Shown in pieces: positions 12,021 through 24,804 of a stretch of 64,000 nt of DNA. A model generated the notes under the pieces. The model did no database searches, was not told the origin of the DNA, and saw only the letters and a program-made list of their open reading frames with translations. The position numbers and the translations under genes were made by a program. Source of the stretch: Pseudobdellovibrionaceae bacterium (GTDB lineage Bacteria; Bdellovibrionota; Bdellovibrionia; Bdellovibrionales; Bdellovibrionaceae); NCBI GenBank assembly GCA_039810425.1, contig JBDHWW010000007.1, positions 1-64,000 of the forward strand. Reading direction: 5' to 3'. How positions within the stretch are numbered: the stretch's first letter is position 1; every line of letters begins with the position of its first letter.

Positions 12021-13899
12021 GAGCGACCTCTTTCAGCTTTTTGTGACCCTTTAGATGGATCATTATAGCTTGAATCGCCGACGGATTAACACCACTTATG
12101 CGCTGAGCTTGGCCTAAGGTACGTGGCCGAACTTGCGAAAGTTTTGTGACCTCTTCGTTCGAAAGACCACGAATTTCCTTGTATGAAAGTTCCTCTGGGA
12201 GACGCAATTCTTCGAGCCGCTTGGATTGCTCGATGAGCTCCATCTGTCTCTTTACGTAGCCCGAATATTTCACCTCAATCTCGACCGGCTCAGATACGTT
12301 AGGATCTAAATCCATCTCAAAACCAAATTCATGAAGTGTAGAACAAGAAATCTCTGGGCGACGCAATAACTCCTCAAAACTAACGGGTTTTAACAAAACA
12401 GAAGTTCCCAAATTCGTCAACTTTTCCTGTGTTTCTGCGACCGGAAAAAGGCGCTCCGAACGCAATTTACCGATCATAGTCGAGCGACGTTCTTTCAGAC
12501 TTCTCAATGCTTGAATTGATTCGGTATTTACAAAACCATTGCTGATTGCAACCTCACCTAAGCGATCAATAGTATTATCTTCTCTAAGAACAAGGCGATG
12601 TTCTGCTCTTGAGGTAAACATCCGGTAGGGCTCATTCGTTCCTTTGGTCACCAGATCATCGATAAGGACACCTATATAAGCTTGATCACGACTGAGCACA
12701 AATTCTTCGCGGCCCAAAACCGACTGAGCTGCGTTCACGCCCGCAATTAAACCTTGCGCGCCGGCCTCTTCGTAGCCGGACGTTCCATTGATTTGACCCG
12801 CTAAGAACAGCCGGCGGATCGTGCGAGTTTCAAGACGATGCCAAATTTGCGTAGGTTCGATGAAGTCGTACTCAACTGCATACCCTGGACGAACAATTTT
12901 TACGTTTTCAAGACCGGGAATAGTTTGCAAAAATTCGTACTGGACCTCTTCTGGCAAGCTTGTTGAAATCCCCTGAAGATAAATCAGATCCGTGTTCAGA
13001 CCTTCCGGCTCCAAAAAAGTTTGGTGGCTGTCTTTATCCGCGAAGCGCGTGATTTTATCTTCAATGCTTGGGCAGTACCTTGGTCCGGTGCCCTCGATAT
13101 TGCCACAGAACATAGGAGACTTATCAAGGTTCGCACGAATTATTTCATGGGTTTTCTCTGTCGTCCGGGACAAGTAGCACGCCACTTGCTGAAGCTTGAA
13201 CTTCCTCTCTGAACGGAAGCTAAACGGATAAAACTTTTCATCCCCATACTGTGGCAACGTCTTGCTCCAGTCGATGCTGTCTTTATGAAGGCGCGCCGGC
13301 GTCCCCGTTTTAAGTCGGCGAACCGTGAAACCAAAATCCGCAAGCTGATTTGACAGGCCGACAGAGGCTTTATCCCCTACACGTCCACCCGGCGTTTGGG
13401 TCAAACCGATATGCATAACCCCGTTCATAAACGTCCCGGCGGTGATGACCGTCGCCTTCGACCGGATTTCAGAGCCGTCTTGCAAAACCACGCCAACACA
13501 GAGGTCTTTTTCTAAAATCAGGCGTTTTACTTCACCCTGAAGCAGCGAAATATTCGGATGATTGCGGAGTTGGTTCGTCATGTACTGAGAGTAAAGTTGC
13601 TTATCAGATTGAACGCGCGTGCCGCGAACTGCGGGACCTTTACTAGCATTAAGGCGTTTGAACTGAATGCAAGTTTCATCCGCCGCAAGACCCATTTGGC
13701 CGCCGAGCACGTCGATCTCGCGAACCATGTGACCTTTTGCAAGACCACCGATCGAGGGGTTGCAGCTCATGTATGCGATACGATCTAAATTGGTTGTAAC
13801 TACGAGCGTGTTCAATCCCAGGCGCGCCGAAGCAAGACCTGCTTCTACTCCGGCGTGGCCGGCGCCGACTACAATAACGTCATATTGGGATATGCTCAT
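11992..13899 (-). CDS. mnmG: tRNA U34 modification enzyme MnmG/GidA
   Basis: GAGHAG, MSCNPSIGG, GPRYCPSIE, AGQINGTSGYEEA. Confidence 0.99.
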   Translation of the reverse strand: MSISQYDVIVVGAGHAGVEAGLASARLGLNTLVVTTNLDRIAYMSCNPSIGGLAKGHMVREIDVLGGQMGLAADETCIQFKRLNASKGPAVRGTRVQSDKQLYSQYMTNQLRNHPNISLLQGEVKRLILEKDLCVGVVLQDGSEIRSKATVITAGTFMNGVMHIGLTQTPGGRVGDKASVGLSNQLADFGFTVRRLKTGTPARLHKDSIDWSKTLPQYGDEKFYPFSFRSERKFKLQQVACYLSRTTEKTHEIIRANLDKSPMFCGNIEGTGPRYCPSIEDKITRFADKDSHQTFLEPEGLNTDLIYLQGISTSLPEEVQYEFLQTIPGLENVKIVRPGYAVEYDFIEPTQIWHRLETRTIRRLFLAGQINGTSGYEEAGAQGLIAGVNAAQSVLGREEFVLSRDQAYIGVLIDDLVTKGTNEPYRMFTSRAEHRLVLREDNTIDRLGEVAISNGFVNTESIQALRSLKERRSTMIGKLRSERLFPVAETQEKLTNLGTSVLLKPVSFEELLRRPEISCSTLHEFGFEMDLDPNVSEPVEIEVKYSGYVKRQMELIEQSKRLEELRLPEELSYKEIRGLSNEEVTKLSQVRPRTLGQAQRISGVNPSAIQAIMIHLKGHKKLKEVALVGESRITN

Positions 13900-13901
13900 A
13901 A

Positions 13902-15302
13902 TTATTTTCCGAGACAAAACTCTTTAAACACACGATCCATTACTTGGTCGTCAAAGCGCTTACCGAGGGTTTCTTGGACGGCAATCAAAGCTTCCTTGAG
14001 TTCAATTGCGAGAAATTCTGAGCCAAGACCTTCTTTCAGCAACTGCTGACAACGAATGCTGTTTGAAAGGGCTCTCGAAAGATTCTCATAGTGACGAGCA
14101 TTCGAAAGTAAGACGTAATCTTGAAGATCCGTCTGTGAGAATCGCTTCGAAATCTCTTTCAAAATCAGCGCTCTGGCATTTTGATCGAGAGCGCTGACAA
14201 AGAAAAGGTTTCTCTTGGCGAAATCCGCGTATTGGGTAAGTTTTTCAAACCCCGGCGTCTGCGTCGGCTCCTTTAAAAGATCCGCCTTATTGCCAATCAC
14301 AAAGGGCTTGGCTTCGGAAAGCTGCTTTAAAAGCTCTTCATCCTCAGGCTGAAACCCCACCGTGAGGTCAAATACAAAAAGAACTACATCGGCCTCTGCA
14401 TGGGCTTCCCGGCTTTTTTTAATACCGATCTGCTCAACAATGTCTGCCGTATGGTTGCGAATTCCAGCCGTGTCTAAAAACGTGAATTTAAGGCCATCAA
14501 ACTGTGTGTCCCCAGCAATCACATCCCGAGTAGTCCCTGCCACATCCGTAACAATGGCACGCTCCTCTTCCAGGAAAAGATTTAAAAGACTCGATTTACC
14601 CACATTCGGGCGTCCCGCTAAGGCGATACGGACACCATCTTTCAAAATTCTTCCGGCCCTATAGGATTGAACCAGTGACTTAAGACCCTCTTCAACATCC
14701 TGAAGGCGAATTGTAATGATATCGTTAGATACAAGCTCGAGGCCTTCGGTCGAAAAATCAATGCCGGCTTCCATATGGGCCATCAACCACGTCACATCGT
14801 TTTCAATACTCTCAAGCTTCTGAGAAAGCTGGCCTTTGAGTTGCCTGAGAGCCAATTTTTGTGCCTTATCGCTTTGGCTTTCAATCAAAGCCAAGACGCT
14901 TTCCGCCTGAACCAAGTCCACATTGCCGTTCATAAACGAGCGATACGTGAATTCGCCCTTATCGGCGCTGCGGGCGCCGCCGGCGATAAGGAGATTTAAT
15001 ATGCTCTGACAAATTTGCGGGTTTCCGTGGCAAGAAATTTCAAGCGTTTCTTCGCCCGTGAAGGATCGGCCTTTTTGGAAGTACGTGACGAGCACTTCAT
15101 CAATGTCTTCCTGAGCTTGCGGATCATGAAGAGTGCCAAAATAAACTCTGTGCGTTTCGACTTTAGAAGGTAAAAAACGCGCAATCCCGCGAGTCACCTC
15201 TAGAGCCTGGGGCCCAGAGATGCGAATAACAGAGATCCCGCCCACACCGTGAGGTGTGGACACCGCACAGATCGTTTGGGAGTCTCTGTCACTACCATTC
15301 AT
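13902..15302 (-). CDS. mnmE: tRNA modification GTPase MnmE
   Basis: GRPNVGKSS, GTTRD, DTAG, C-terminal FCLGK. Confidence 0.99.
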   Translation of the reverse strand: MNGSDRDSQTICAVSTPHGVGGISVIRISGPQALEVTRGIARFLPSKVETHRVYFGTLHDPQAQEDIDEVLVTYFQKGRSFTGEETLEISCHGNPQICQSILNLLIAGGARSADKGEFTYRSFMNGNVDLVQAESVLALIESQSDKAQKLALRQLKGQLSQKLESIENDVTWLMAHMEAGIDFSTEGLELVSNDIITIRLQDVEEGLKSLVQSYRAGRILKDGVRIALAGRPNVGKSSLLNLFLEEERAIVTDVAGTTRDVIAGDTQFDGLKFTFLDTAGIRNHTADIVEQIGIKKSREAHAEADVVLFVFDLTVGFQPEDEELLKQLSEAKPFVIGNKADLLKEPTQTPGFEKLTQYADFAKRNLFFVSALDQNARALILKEISKRFSQTDLQDYVLLSNARHYENLSRALSNSIRCQQLLKEGLGSEFLAIELKEALIAVQETLGKRFDDQVMDRVFKEFCLGK

Positions 15303-15308
15303 GGACGA

Positions 15309-15869
15309 CTACTCTCCAGCCGTCTCTTGGGCTTGAGCATTGTTACTAGTGCCCTTTGCTGGGTAAATTTTTATCTTTTTATAAAGGCCTTCTCCCAAAG
15401 AGCGGCTTTTTACGCGTGGGTCTTGGGCCAAATATTGGTGAACAACTTTGCGATCTTTTGGCGGAAGAGCACGGTAGTACACAGACTTACCTTGCTCGAT
15501 CGCGATTGTTTTCAAGTTTTCCGCGCGCTCGATCAAGGCCGCAGCAGACTCATCACGGTAACCACCACAGTCTACTGTGATATTAGTTTTGTCGTCGGGG
15601 AAGTTGTGTTGAACAACCCGCTTCAAGAACAATTGGAGAGCATCCAACATTTGTCCCTTTTTATCTTTCAAAAGCTCTTCGTCAGAACCAGAGAATTCAA
15701 TCGCCAAAACACCTTCCGTGTCAGATTCCCTCTCATAGTTAGTTTTGAATGAAAGATCGAATTGCCCTTTTTCGATAATACCAGTCAAGGTGTCGTGAAC
15801 GAGGGTTTCTACTTCGCCACCAGAACTTTTGCTTTTGCCGCCAAACAGTTTACTAAAAAATCCGGCCAT
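15309..15869 (-). CDS. jag: Jag/EloR/KhpB-like RNA-binding protein (KH + R3H)
   Basis: GQMLDALQ and RKVVH (R3H); lies between yidC and mnmE. Confidence 0.85.
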   Translation of the reverse strand: MAGFFSKLFGGKSKSSGGEVETLVHDTLTGIIEKGQFDLSFKTNYERESDTEGVLAIEFSGSDEELLKDKKGQMLDALQLFLKRVVQHNFPDDKTNITVDCGGYRDESAAALIERAENLKTIAIEQGKSVYYRALPPKDRKVVHQYLAQDPRVKSRSLGEGLYKKIKIYPAKGTSNNAQAQETAGE

Positions 15870-15878
15870 AATTTCCTC

Positions 15879-17492
15879 CTAGGCAGTCGCTTTTTTTGAG
15901 TCTCTTAAGAAAAAGAATTGTTGAATAATACCGAAGACCGCACTGACCGTCATATACAGGGTCAGTCCGCTCGGAAGTTGAAGCATGAATAAAATGAAAA
16001 TTAACGGCAAAAACGCCATAATCTTCGCTTGTGCGGGATCCATCGTGGTTGGTGTCATCTTCTGTTGTAAGAACATGGTTCCACCCATCAAGACCGGCAA
16101 CACATAGAACTTATCCGCAGAGCTCAGGTCATGAATCCAGCCGTAAAATGGAGAGTGATAAAGTTCAATACTAGAGCCGATCACGCGATAAAGGGCAAAA
16201 AACACGGGAATCTGAAGGAGCATAGGCAAGCAACCACCAATGGGATTGGCTTTATGCTCTTTCATCAGCGCCATTGTTTCACGGTTTAAAGCCATTGGAT
16301 CGTCTTTGTATTTCTCGCGCAAAGTCTGCAACAAAGGCTGGATCTTCTGCATCGCCTTCATTGATTTTGCGGACATCAATGCAAAGGGAAGAACACAGAG
16401 ACGTACAAGCAAAGTAAGACAGATAATCGCAAGACCCCAGTTGCCAACAACTGTATAAAATGCCTTCATAATATAAAGCAGTGGTCGCGCTATGAAGCCG
16501 AAAAAGCCGTGGTCAATAATACTGGGCAGTTCCGCATCGATGGCTTTCAATGTCTCGATAGATTTGGGACCGGCGTAAAGGATCTGTTCCAATGCGATCG
16601 TCTGACCTGCTTGAGCCGGCTTATAGGTCAATTCCGCACGTGCTGTTTTAGCAGAAACACTTGAACTTAAGGCTGTCTCAGGAATGATTTCGGACTTATC
16701 CACGATCGCCGCTGAGAAATACTGGGTGCTTGCTGAAAGCAAAGACACCTGTTGAAATGACTTCGCCACGTTTTCTTTCGCAGAGCTAAAGTTCACAACC
16801 TCAGACTTGCCAGCGTTGTGTTTTACGAAGAAGTCTTGGTGTTGATAAGACGGCATCAGGAATGACGTCGATTGCGGCACTGTCACTTTCTCTGGGATAA
16901 CCAACGTCACGCCTTGAGCCATTTCAGCCGTGGGCTTTTCAATCACGACTTTATTAGTGAACGCTTGTTTCTCTCCATCGTACTTCAAAGTACGCGTGAC
17001 CGTCGACTCACCAACTTGAGCTGTTCCTACATATTGGCCAGGGGCCTCTTCTTTAAGGTCGAAAGTTAGAGGGTTTGCCTGGGTCGCAAGCTTTAACTCG
17101 AAGAGGGATTCGGTATCTGATTGGCCTACTTTAATAGGATTTTTATCGTAATCGACATACTTATTGAGTACGACATTCTTTAGGCCCATCCCGTGATTCG
17201 TGATGGTGAATGAAATATTGTCGTCTTTAAACTCGAAGGCTTTTTCAGCAATAACTTGGCCCGGTGTTGATTTCGTTTCAACCGTTTGACCGGAAGCTCC
17301 TGTGGTCGCTTCGGCCGTCACGGGTGCGGCAGCGGTCGTCGATTCAGCTGTTGCGGTTTTTTGTGCCGGTTTATTGTAGTTCGGGTATTTCTTCGTGAGA
17401 TACGTTTGCCAGCCAAACCATACAGCACCAACCAGGACAAGGGCGAGAATCGTTTTGGGGTCAAAGAATGAGCTTTTATTTTGCTCTTGCAT
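15879..17492 (-). CDS. yidC: Membrane protein insertase YidC
   Basis: GNWGLAII, GGCLPMLLQIP, LPSGLTLY and a periplasmic domain. Confidence 0.97.
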   Translation of the reverse strand: MQEQNKSSFFDPKTILALVLVGAVWFGWQTYLTKKYPNYNKPAQKTATAESTTAAAPVTAEATTGASGQTVETKSTPGQVIAEKAFEFKDDNISFTITNHGMGLKNVVLNKYVDYDKNPIKVGQSDTESLFELKLATQANPLTFDLKEEAPGQYVGTAQVGESTVTRTLKYDGEKQAFTNKVVIEKPTAEMAQGVTLVIPEKVTVPQSTSFLMPSYQHQDFFVKHNAGKSEVVNFSSAKENVAKSFQQVSLLSASTQYFSAAIVDKSEIIPETALSSSVSAKTARAELTYKPAQAGQTIALEQILYAGPKSIETLKAIDAELPSIIDHGFFGFIARPLLYIMKAFYTVVGNWGLAIICLTLLVRLCVLPFALMSAKSMKAMQKIQPLLQTLREKYKDDPMALNRETMALMKEHKANPIGGCLPMLLQIPVFFALYRVIGSSIELYHSPFYGWIHDLSSADKFYVLPVLMGGTMFLQQKMTPTTMDPAQAKIMAFLPLIFILFMLQLPSGLTLYMTVSAVFGIIQQFFFLRDSKKATA

Positions 17493-17778
17493 GGGAGTCT
17501 CCTGAGCAGCCACAAGCCGGAACCGGATCAAACCCAAAAGTTCCGCCAGGACGGCATTTCAAAATTCTTTTACTGATTAAATAAATCGCAGAGAAGAAGT
17601 TGTGAGTTTTGACGGCCTCAACAGCATACTCAGAACAACTCGGAGTGAAGCGGCAAGCTCCGCCCATGTGAGTTGTTCCCAGAGTCCTATAAGTAGCTAC
17701 AAACAAAAGCAGCAAAGACTTAGAAAGACTTTGAAAGAATCTCAAGACCGGTGTCCATGGCTTTTTTGAACTCATCAT
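17476..17778 (-). CDS. yidD: Membrane protein insertion efficiency factor
   Basis: CRFTPSCSEY, RILKCRP, GFDPVP. Start uncertain; overlaps rnpA. Confidence 0.9.
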   Translation of the reverse strand: MMSSKKPWTPVLRFFQSLSKSLLLLFVATYRTLGTTHMGGACRFTPSCSEYAVEAVKTHNFFSAIYLISKRILKCRPGGTFGFDPVPACGCSGDSHARAK

Positions 17779-18091
17779 ATTTGAGTCCTTTGTAAAAGCC
17801 CTGGTCGATGGGTTTAAAGATAATGTTGATGGAGACGTCAATCGGCGATCCTGTCTGATTCGACCTATCAACGAAGTCCCTAAAGTATTCTCGTGCCCAA
17901 CGCTTTAATCTATTGCGAACAACTGCAGAACCGACTTTACGGCTTGCCGTCACGCCAAAATGCAGTCCCTTTGGACCCCTATTAGAGTAGTTCAAAAGGA
18001 GCCATTTCGTTGGCCAGGCTCTTTTTCCAGTCTTTTTGAGAGAGAGAAATTCGGAACTTCGTTTAATTACAACTGGTCTACTATTTTCCAC
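17720..18091 (-). CDS. rnpA: RNase P protein
   Basis: [13 protein letters not shown] (RNR motif). Confidence 0.95.
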   Translation of the reverse strand: MENSRPVVIKRSSEFLSLKKTGKRAWPTKWLLLNYSNRGPKGLHFGVTASRKVGSAVVRNRLKRWAREYFRDFVDRSNQTGSPIDVSINIIFKPIDQGFYKGLKYDEFKKAMDTGLEILSKSF

Positions 18092-18230
18092 CAGTTGAAA
18101 CCGTTAAACGTTTTCTTCCTTTTACACGACGGCGAGAAATAACATCTGTACCGGCTTTAGTAGCCATTCTTGCGCGGAAACCGTGTTTGTTTTTACGACG
18201 ACGATTGGATGGTTGGTAAGTACGTTTCAT
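18081..18230 (-). CDS. rpmH: 50S ribosomal protein L34
   Basis: MKRTYQPS...HGFRARM. Confidence 0.98.
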   Translation of the reverse strand: MKRTYQPSNRRRKNKHGFRARMATKAGTDVISRRRVKGRKRLTVSTGGK

Positions 18231-18295
18231 TTTCAACTCCTGGTGAAACATTTTTGACGCTTTAGGACGTCCTGCCACTCTTTTTGGTGGACGCC

Positions 18296-18357
18296 GAATT
18301 AATCACAATGCAGCAATAAGGTCAACTGTTGAAAACTTCGACAGGCCCTGCTAAAGA
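18296..18357. promoter_or_regulatory. Back-to-back putative promoters of rpmH (-) and dnaA (+)
   Basis: Minus strand TTGACC-N18-TAATTC; plus strand TTGAAA-N17-TAAAGA with TG extension. Confidence 0.4.
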
Positions 18358-18414
18358 TTTTTTGCGTTTCTGCTGCAGTTTTGAACACGCAAACTGAGGG
18401 GTCGGTTTGAGGGG

Positions 18415-18430
18415 TTATCCACGTGGATAT
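18415..18430. promoter_or_regulatory. Paired DnaA-box-like sites overlapping the dnaA start
   Basis: TTATCCACG and inverted CGTGGATAT around the GTG start codon. Confidence 0.55.
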
Positions 18431-19850
18431 TAATAGTTCGTTTTGGGTTCATATAAAAACCAAGATGAAAAGTCGAAATCTGAATAACAAGTATCTTGAA
18501 ACATGGTTGGATCCTATCGAGTATCTGTCCACGTCCGGGTCTTCAGAGCGCCCTCGCATTATCCTTGGTGTCCCCAATGCCCTTCATCAATACTACGTGA
18601 CTCAGAATCTGCAAGATCAGATTTATACTGAAATTTCAGATAGTTACAAAAATCCTTTCGAAGTGGAGTTCGTGATCACCGGCAACAAGCCACCTCTTCC
18701 GCCAGAGAATCCTTTGGCTTTGGATGAAGCGATCAACGCCAACGAGCAGGCGCAGTTCCGCCCGCAGGTTTCAACACCTACTCAACCCGCGGCTCAGGTG
18801 ACTACTCAGAAATCGACTTCTGACTTTTTAAACACAGAATTGACCTTTTCTACCTTTGTTGTTGGAAAAAATTCAGAGTTTGCCCATGCCGCCTGTTTTA
18901 ATGTGGCTAGAAACCCGGGGGCCGACGATTATAACCCTCTCTATATATTTGGGCCTGTGGGAATGGGTAAAACGCATCTATTAAATGCCGCCGGTAATTA
19001 TATCCATGAGCAATTCCCACACCTTAGAATTACTTACATCTCGGCAGAGCGCTTTTTGAATGAGTGCGTTGCGGCTCTTCGCCACTACCAAATGGATAAG
19101 TTCCGTCAAAAATACCGTGAAAACTCCGACATTCTTTTAGTAGATGACGTCCAATATATTGGCCGCGGTGAGGCTGTTCAGGAGGAGTTCTTCCACACTA
19201 TCAATAACTTCATTGACCGTAAAAAGCAGGTTATTTTGGCTAGCGACCGTATGCCTAAGGATATCTTAGGCCTCGAAGACCGAAGTCGCACCCGTCTTGA
19301 ACGCGGTTTAATCGCAGATATCACAATGCCGGATTTAGAAACGAGAATTGCAATTCTTCGCTATAAAGCCGAAAAATTTGGCGTGCGTATGCCTGAGGAT
19401 GTAGTAAATCACATTGCCCGCATTTCTAAACGCTCAATCCGTGAACTTGAGGGTAACCTTAAAAAAGTGAAGATTTATTCTGAGCTTCAGGGGCTTATTA
19501 TCGACTATGAGCTTGTTAAAAAGATTCTTTCACACCATGAAAGTCAGTCAACGATTTCTTTAGAAGAGATCCAAAAGCTCGTTGCCGACCATTTTAAAGT
19601 TAAAATCACGGATCTAAAATCTAGTACGCGCGCTAAACCAATCGTAGTCCCACGACAGATTGCGATGTACTTGATTAAAAAGTTTTTGGATCGATCTCTC
19701 GTAGATATTGGGAAGGCTTTTGGAGGCAAAGATCACACAACGGTGATGAATGCTCTTGAAAGGGTTCAACATCTACAAGCAACCGATCAGGATATTATGA
19801 AAGATGTCGAGGAGTTGGAGCAAAGGATCCACAATATCACAGGGGTGTGA
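18423..19850 (+). CDS. dnaA: Replication initiator DnaA
   Basis: GPVGMGKTHL, DDVQ, RELEG, PRQIAMY, FGGKDHTTV. Confidence 0.99.
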   Translation: MDINSSFWVHIKTKMKSRNLNNKYLETWLDPIEYLSTSGSSERPRIILGVPNALHQYYVTQNLQDQIYTEISDSYKNPFEVEFVITGNKPPLPPENPLALDEAINANEQAQFRPQVSTPTQPAAQVTTQKSTSDFLNTELTFSTFVVGKNSEFAHAACFNVARNPGADDYNPLYIFGPVGMGKTHLLNAAGNYIHEQFPHLRITYISAERFLNECVAALRHYQMDKFRQKYRENSDILLVDDVQYIGRGEAVQEEFFHTINNFIDRKKQVILASDRMPKDILGLEDRSRTRLERGLIADITMPDLETRIAILRYKAEKFGVRMPEDVVNHIARISKRSIRELEGNLKKVKIYSELQGLIIDYELVKKILSHHESQSTISLEEIQKLVADHFKVKITDLKSSTRAKPIVVPRQIAMYLIKKFLDRSLVDIGKAFGGKDHTTVMNALERVQHLQATDQDIMKDVEELEQRIHNITGV

Positions 19851-19851
19851 A

Positions 19852-20065
19852 TGTGGACTGTGGATAAGTCTGTGGAAAGATTTGAGGGTAAAAATGTGTA
19901 TTCAACTTACCCACAAATTTGAAAAATCCTAAGGCGGCCTTAAGAGGTTTTTATCCACGTAAAAAAATGAACGCTTTTAATAGCTTAAAGGGTATTTGGA
20001 TTTATCCACAGTCCTACTACTACTACTAGTATTTATATTAATAGTAATAGATATATAAGAGATTC
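19852..20065. other. oriC (DnaA boxes, DnaA-trios, AT-rich DUE)
   Basis: Perfect boxes TGTGGATAA 19859 and TTATCCACA 20002; near-matches at 19871, 19907, 19951; (TAC)4TAG at 20015-20029, then an AT-rich tract. Gene orientation switches near here. Confidence 0.92.
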
Positions 20066-20083
20066 AAATAAGAGGGATTCATC

Positions 20084-21190
20084 ATGAGATTGGAAATTGA
20101 TAAAAGAGATTTACTAGGGTTAATCGGTAAGACTCAGAACATTGTAGAAAAAAGAAATACAATGCCGATTCTCGTAAATATTCTTTTAGAGGCAGAAAAT
20201 AATGCACTGAAAGTTTTTGCGACAGACCTTGAAGTAAGTCTGACGGACCAAACGAAAATTAAAGTGATCCAACCAGGAAAAGTTGCGGTCAGCGCAAAAA
20301 GCCTTTTTGATATTGCCAAGGAACTTTCTGAAGGAACGATCCAGTTAATTAAGAAAGAAAACAACTGGCTGGAAATTAAACAAGGCCGTTACACTTCTAA
20401 AATTGTTGGTATCAGCGCGGACGAATATCCAATCTTCCCTACTTACAATGCTCAGTCTTTCATTACGGTTCAGGCAGAAGTTTTGAAAGATATGATCGAT
20501 AAGACGATTTTCAGCGTATCCACCGATGAAACACGTTATCACTTGAATGGTGTTTACTTCGAAATCGTTGGCGGCACGGGTTTTAGAATGGTTGCAACAG
20601 ACGGTCACAGAATGAGCATCGTGAATCGTACACAAAACGATTCTAAATCCGCTGCGTCTCCCGGAGTTATCATTCCTCGTAAAGGGCTCGGCGAAATCAA
20701 AAAGTTGTTAGATGGTGTGGATGGAACCGTGGAAATCGCAATTGAAGGTTCTCAATTTATTTTGAAACACTCTTCAACGACATTGATGATTCGTTTGATT
20801 GAGGGAAAGTATCCGAATTATCAACAGTTTATTCCACAGAAGCTTACGCAGCGGGTGCAGATCAATCGCGAACACTTCCTCACTTCTTTGAAACGTGTTT
20901 CATTGTTGGCCAATCAAAAATCAAAAGCTGTTTTATTGAATCTGACAAACGGTAAAATGGAAATTTCTTCTAACAATCCTGAACTAGGAGACGCAAAAGA
21001 AGAGATCGAAGTTGATTACTCCGGCAACGAAATGAAGATCGGTTTCAATGCGAAGTTCATCACAGATATTCTGACTAGCATGAATGACGACCGCGTAGAT
21101 TTTGAATTGAATGATCAACTCTCTCCAGGACTAGTACGCCCTCATAATGACGCGACCTACACTTGCGTTCTTATGCCCATGAGAATTTGA
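20084..21190 (+). CDS. dnaN: DNA polymerase III beta clamp
   Basis: ATDLE, ATDGHR, GKYPNY, MPMRI. Confidence 0.99.
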   Translation: MRLEIDKRDLLGLIGKTQNIVEKRNTMPILVNILLEAENNALKVFATDLEVSLTDQTKIKVIQPGKVAVSAKSLFDIAKELSEGTIQLIKKENNWLEIKQGRYTSKIVGISADEYPIFPTYNAQSFITVQAEVLKDMIDKTIFSVSTDETRYHLNGVYFEIVGGTGFRMVATDGHRMSIVNRTQNDSKSAASPGVIIPRKGLGEIKKLLDGVDGTVEIAIEGSQFILKHSSTTLMIRLIEGKYPNYQQFIPQKLTQRVQINREHFLTSLKRVSLLANQKSKAVLLNLTNGKMEISSNNPELGDAKEEIEVDYSGNEMKIGFNAKFITDILTSMNDDRVDFELNDQLSPGLVRPHNDATYTCVLMPMRI

Positions 21191-22311
21191 TGTTCTTTGA
21201 AAAGATCAGAATCCACAACTTTCGAAATTTCGTGGATTCTCAAGCAGAGTTTTCTCCGAGACTGAATGTCTTTCTCGGAGAAAACGGCCAAGGTAAAACA
21301 AATCTCCTCGAAGCTCTTTATCTGACTCTTCAAGGAGACACCTTTCGCTACGCTGATAGTGTGAATCTCATCCGTAGCAATATTGATTTCTCGCTTCTCC
21401 AAGCACAAGTTCGCCAAAAAGATCTGATCTACGAACTTAAAACGCAAATCATGAAAAGCCGTAAGCATAGTTTCGTGAATGGTAAACGTGTGAGCTCTGC
21501 AGATCTTCGCAAAGAGTTTTCTGCTGTGGTGTTTTCGCCGGAAAGTTTAGCTTCGATCAAGGAAGGTGCGGATTTTCGCCGGACATTGATTGATGATTTG
21601 CTGACGAGTTTCAACAAGCGAAACGTCGATTTGATCGCTGAATTTCGCAAAGCGCTAAAAACGCGTAACAGAATTTTAAAAAATTACGTCGAGAATCAAG
21701 AAGACAAAGCCGGTACATTGCGCTTAATCGAGAGTATAAACCCTTCTTTTCTGCGTTTGGGGGCTCAGCTAGCCACCGCCCGAATTACTGCGCTCCAGGG
21801 TCTTTTGAGAGAATTTAACAGCGCAATGCAATATATTTCCAACAATGACACCGAAATCGGCGTTGAATACGTCATCTCAGGACAAAATGCGCTTAGTTTT
21901 AGTGCACAAGATGTGTTTGATGCACTACAAAAACGCAGTGAAGAATTGCGTGATGCAGAACTCTCTGGCGGAGTCAGTTTGGTCGGTCCACACAAGCACG
22001 ATATTATATTTCTATATGGTCAAAAGGACTCACGTTTTTACTGTTCGCAGGGGCAGCAAAGAGCTATCATATTATCTTTCAAAATGGCTCAAATTGTGTA
22101 TCATAGGAAGGCTCACGACGTTTACCCAATTTTGATGTTGGATGATGTCTTATCTGAACTCGATCAACAGAAGCGGGACTCACTGATTACGTTCTTACAC
22201 GAGATCAATACCCAGATTTTTGTGACGACGACGGACCTCACTCTGCCAAAGAGTTTTTCTTTGGATGAAGTGGCTGTTTTAAAAATTAACAACGGGCAAA
22301 TTCTTCAGTGA
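21190..22311 (+). CDS. recF: RecF
   Basis: GENGQGKTN, SQGQQR, LDDVLSELD. Confidence 0.97.
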   Translation: MFFEKIRIHNFRNFVDSQAEFSPRLNVFLGENGQGKTNLLEALYLTLQGDTFRYADSVNLIRSNIDFSLLQAQVRQKDLIYELKTQIMKSRKHSFVNGKRVSSADLRKEFSAVVFSPESLASIKEGADFRRTLIDDLLTSFNKRNVDLIAEFRKALKTRNRILKNYVENQEDKAGTLRLIESINPSFLRLGAQLATARITALQGLLREFNSAMQYISNNDTEIGVEYVISGQNALSFSAQDVFDALQKRSEELRDAELSGGVSLVGPHKHDIIFLYGQKDSRFYCSQGQQRAIILSFKMAQIVYHRKAHDVYPILMLDDVLSELDQQKRDSLITFLHEINTQIFVTTTDLTLPKSFSLDEVAVLKINNGQILQ

Positions 22312-22326
22312 TTTAATTTTAACTGA

Positions 22327-24783
<2,457 letters not shown>

Positions 24784-24804
24784 TTAATTTTGAATTGGTG
24801 AGAT

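Noticed and set aside
20015..20029. (TAC)n as a microsatellite or contingency repeat
   Set aside because: Its position next to a DnaA box identifies it as DnaA-trios.
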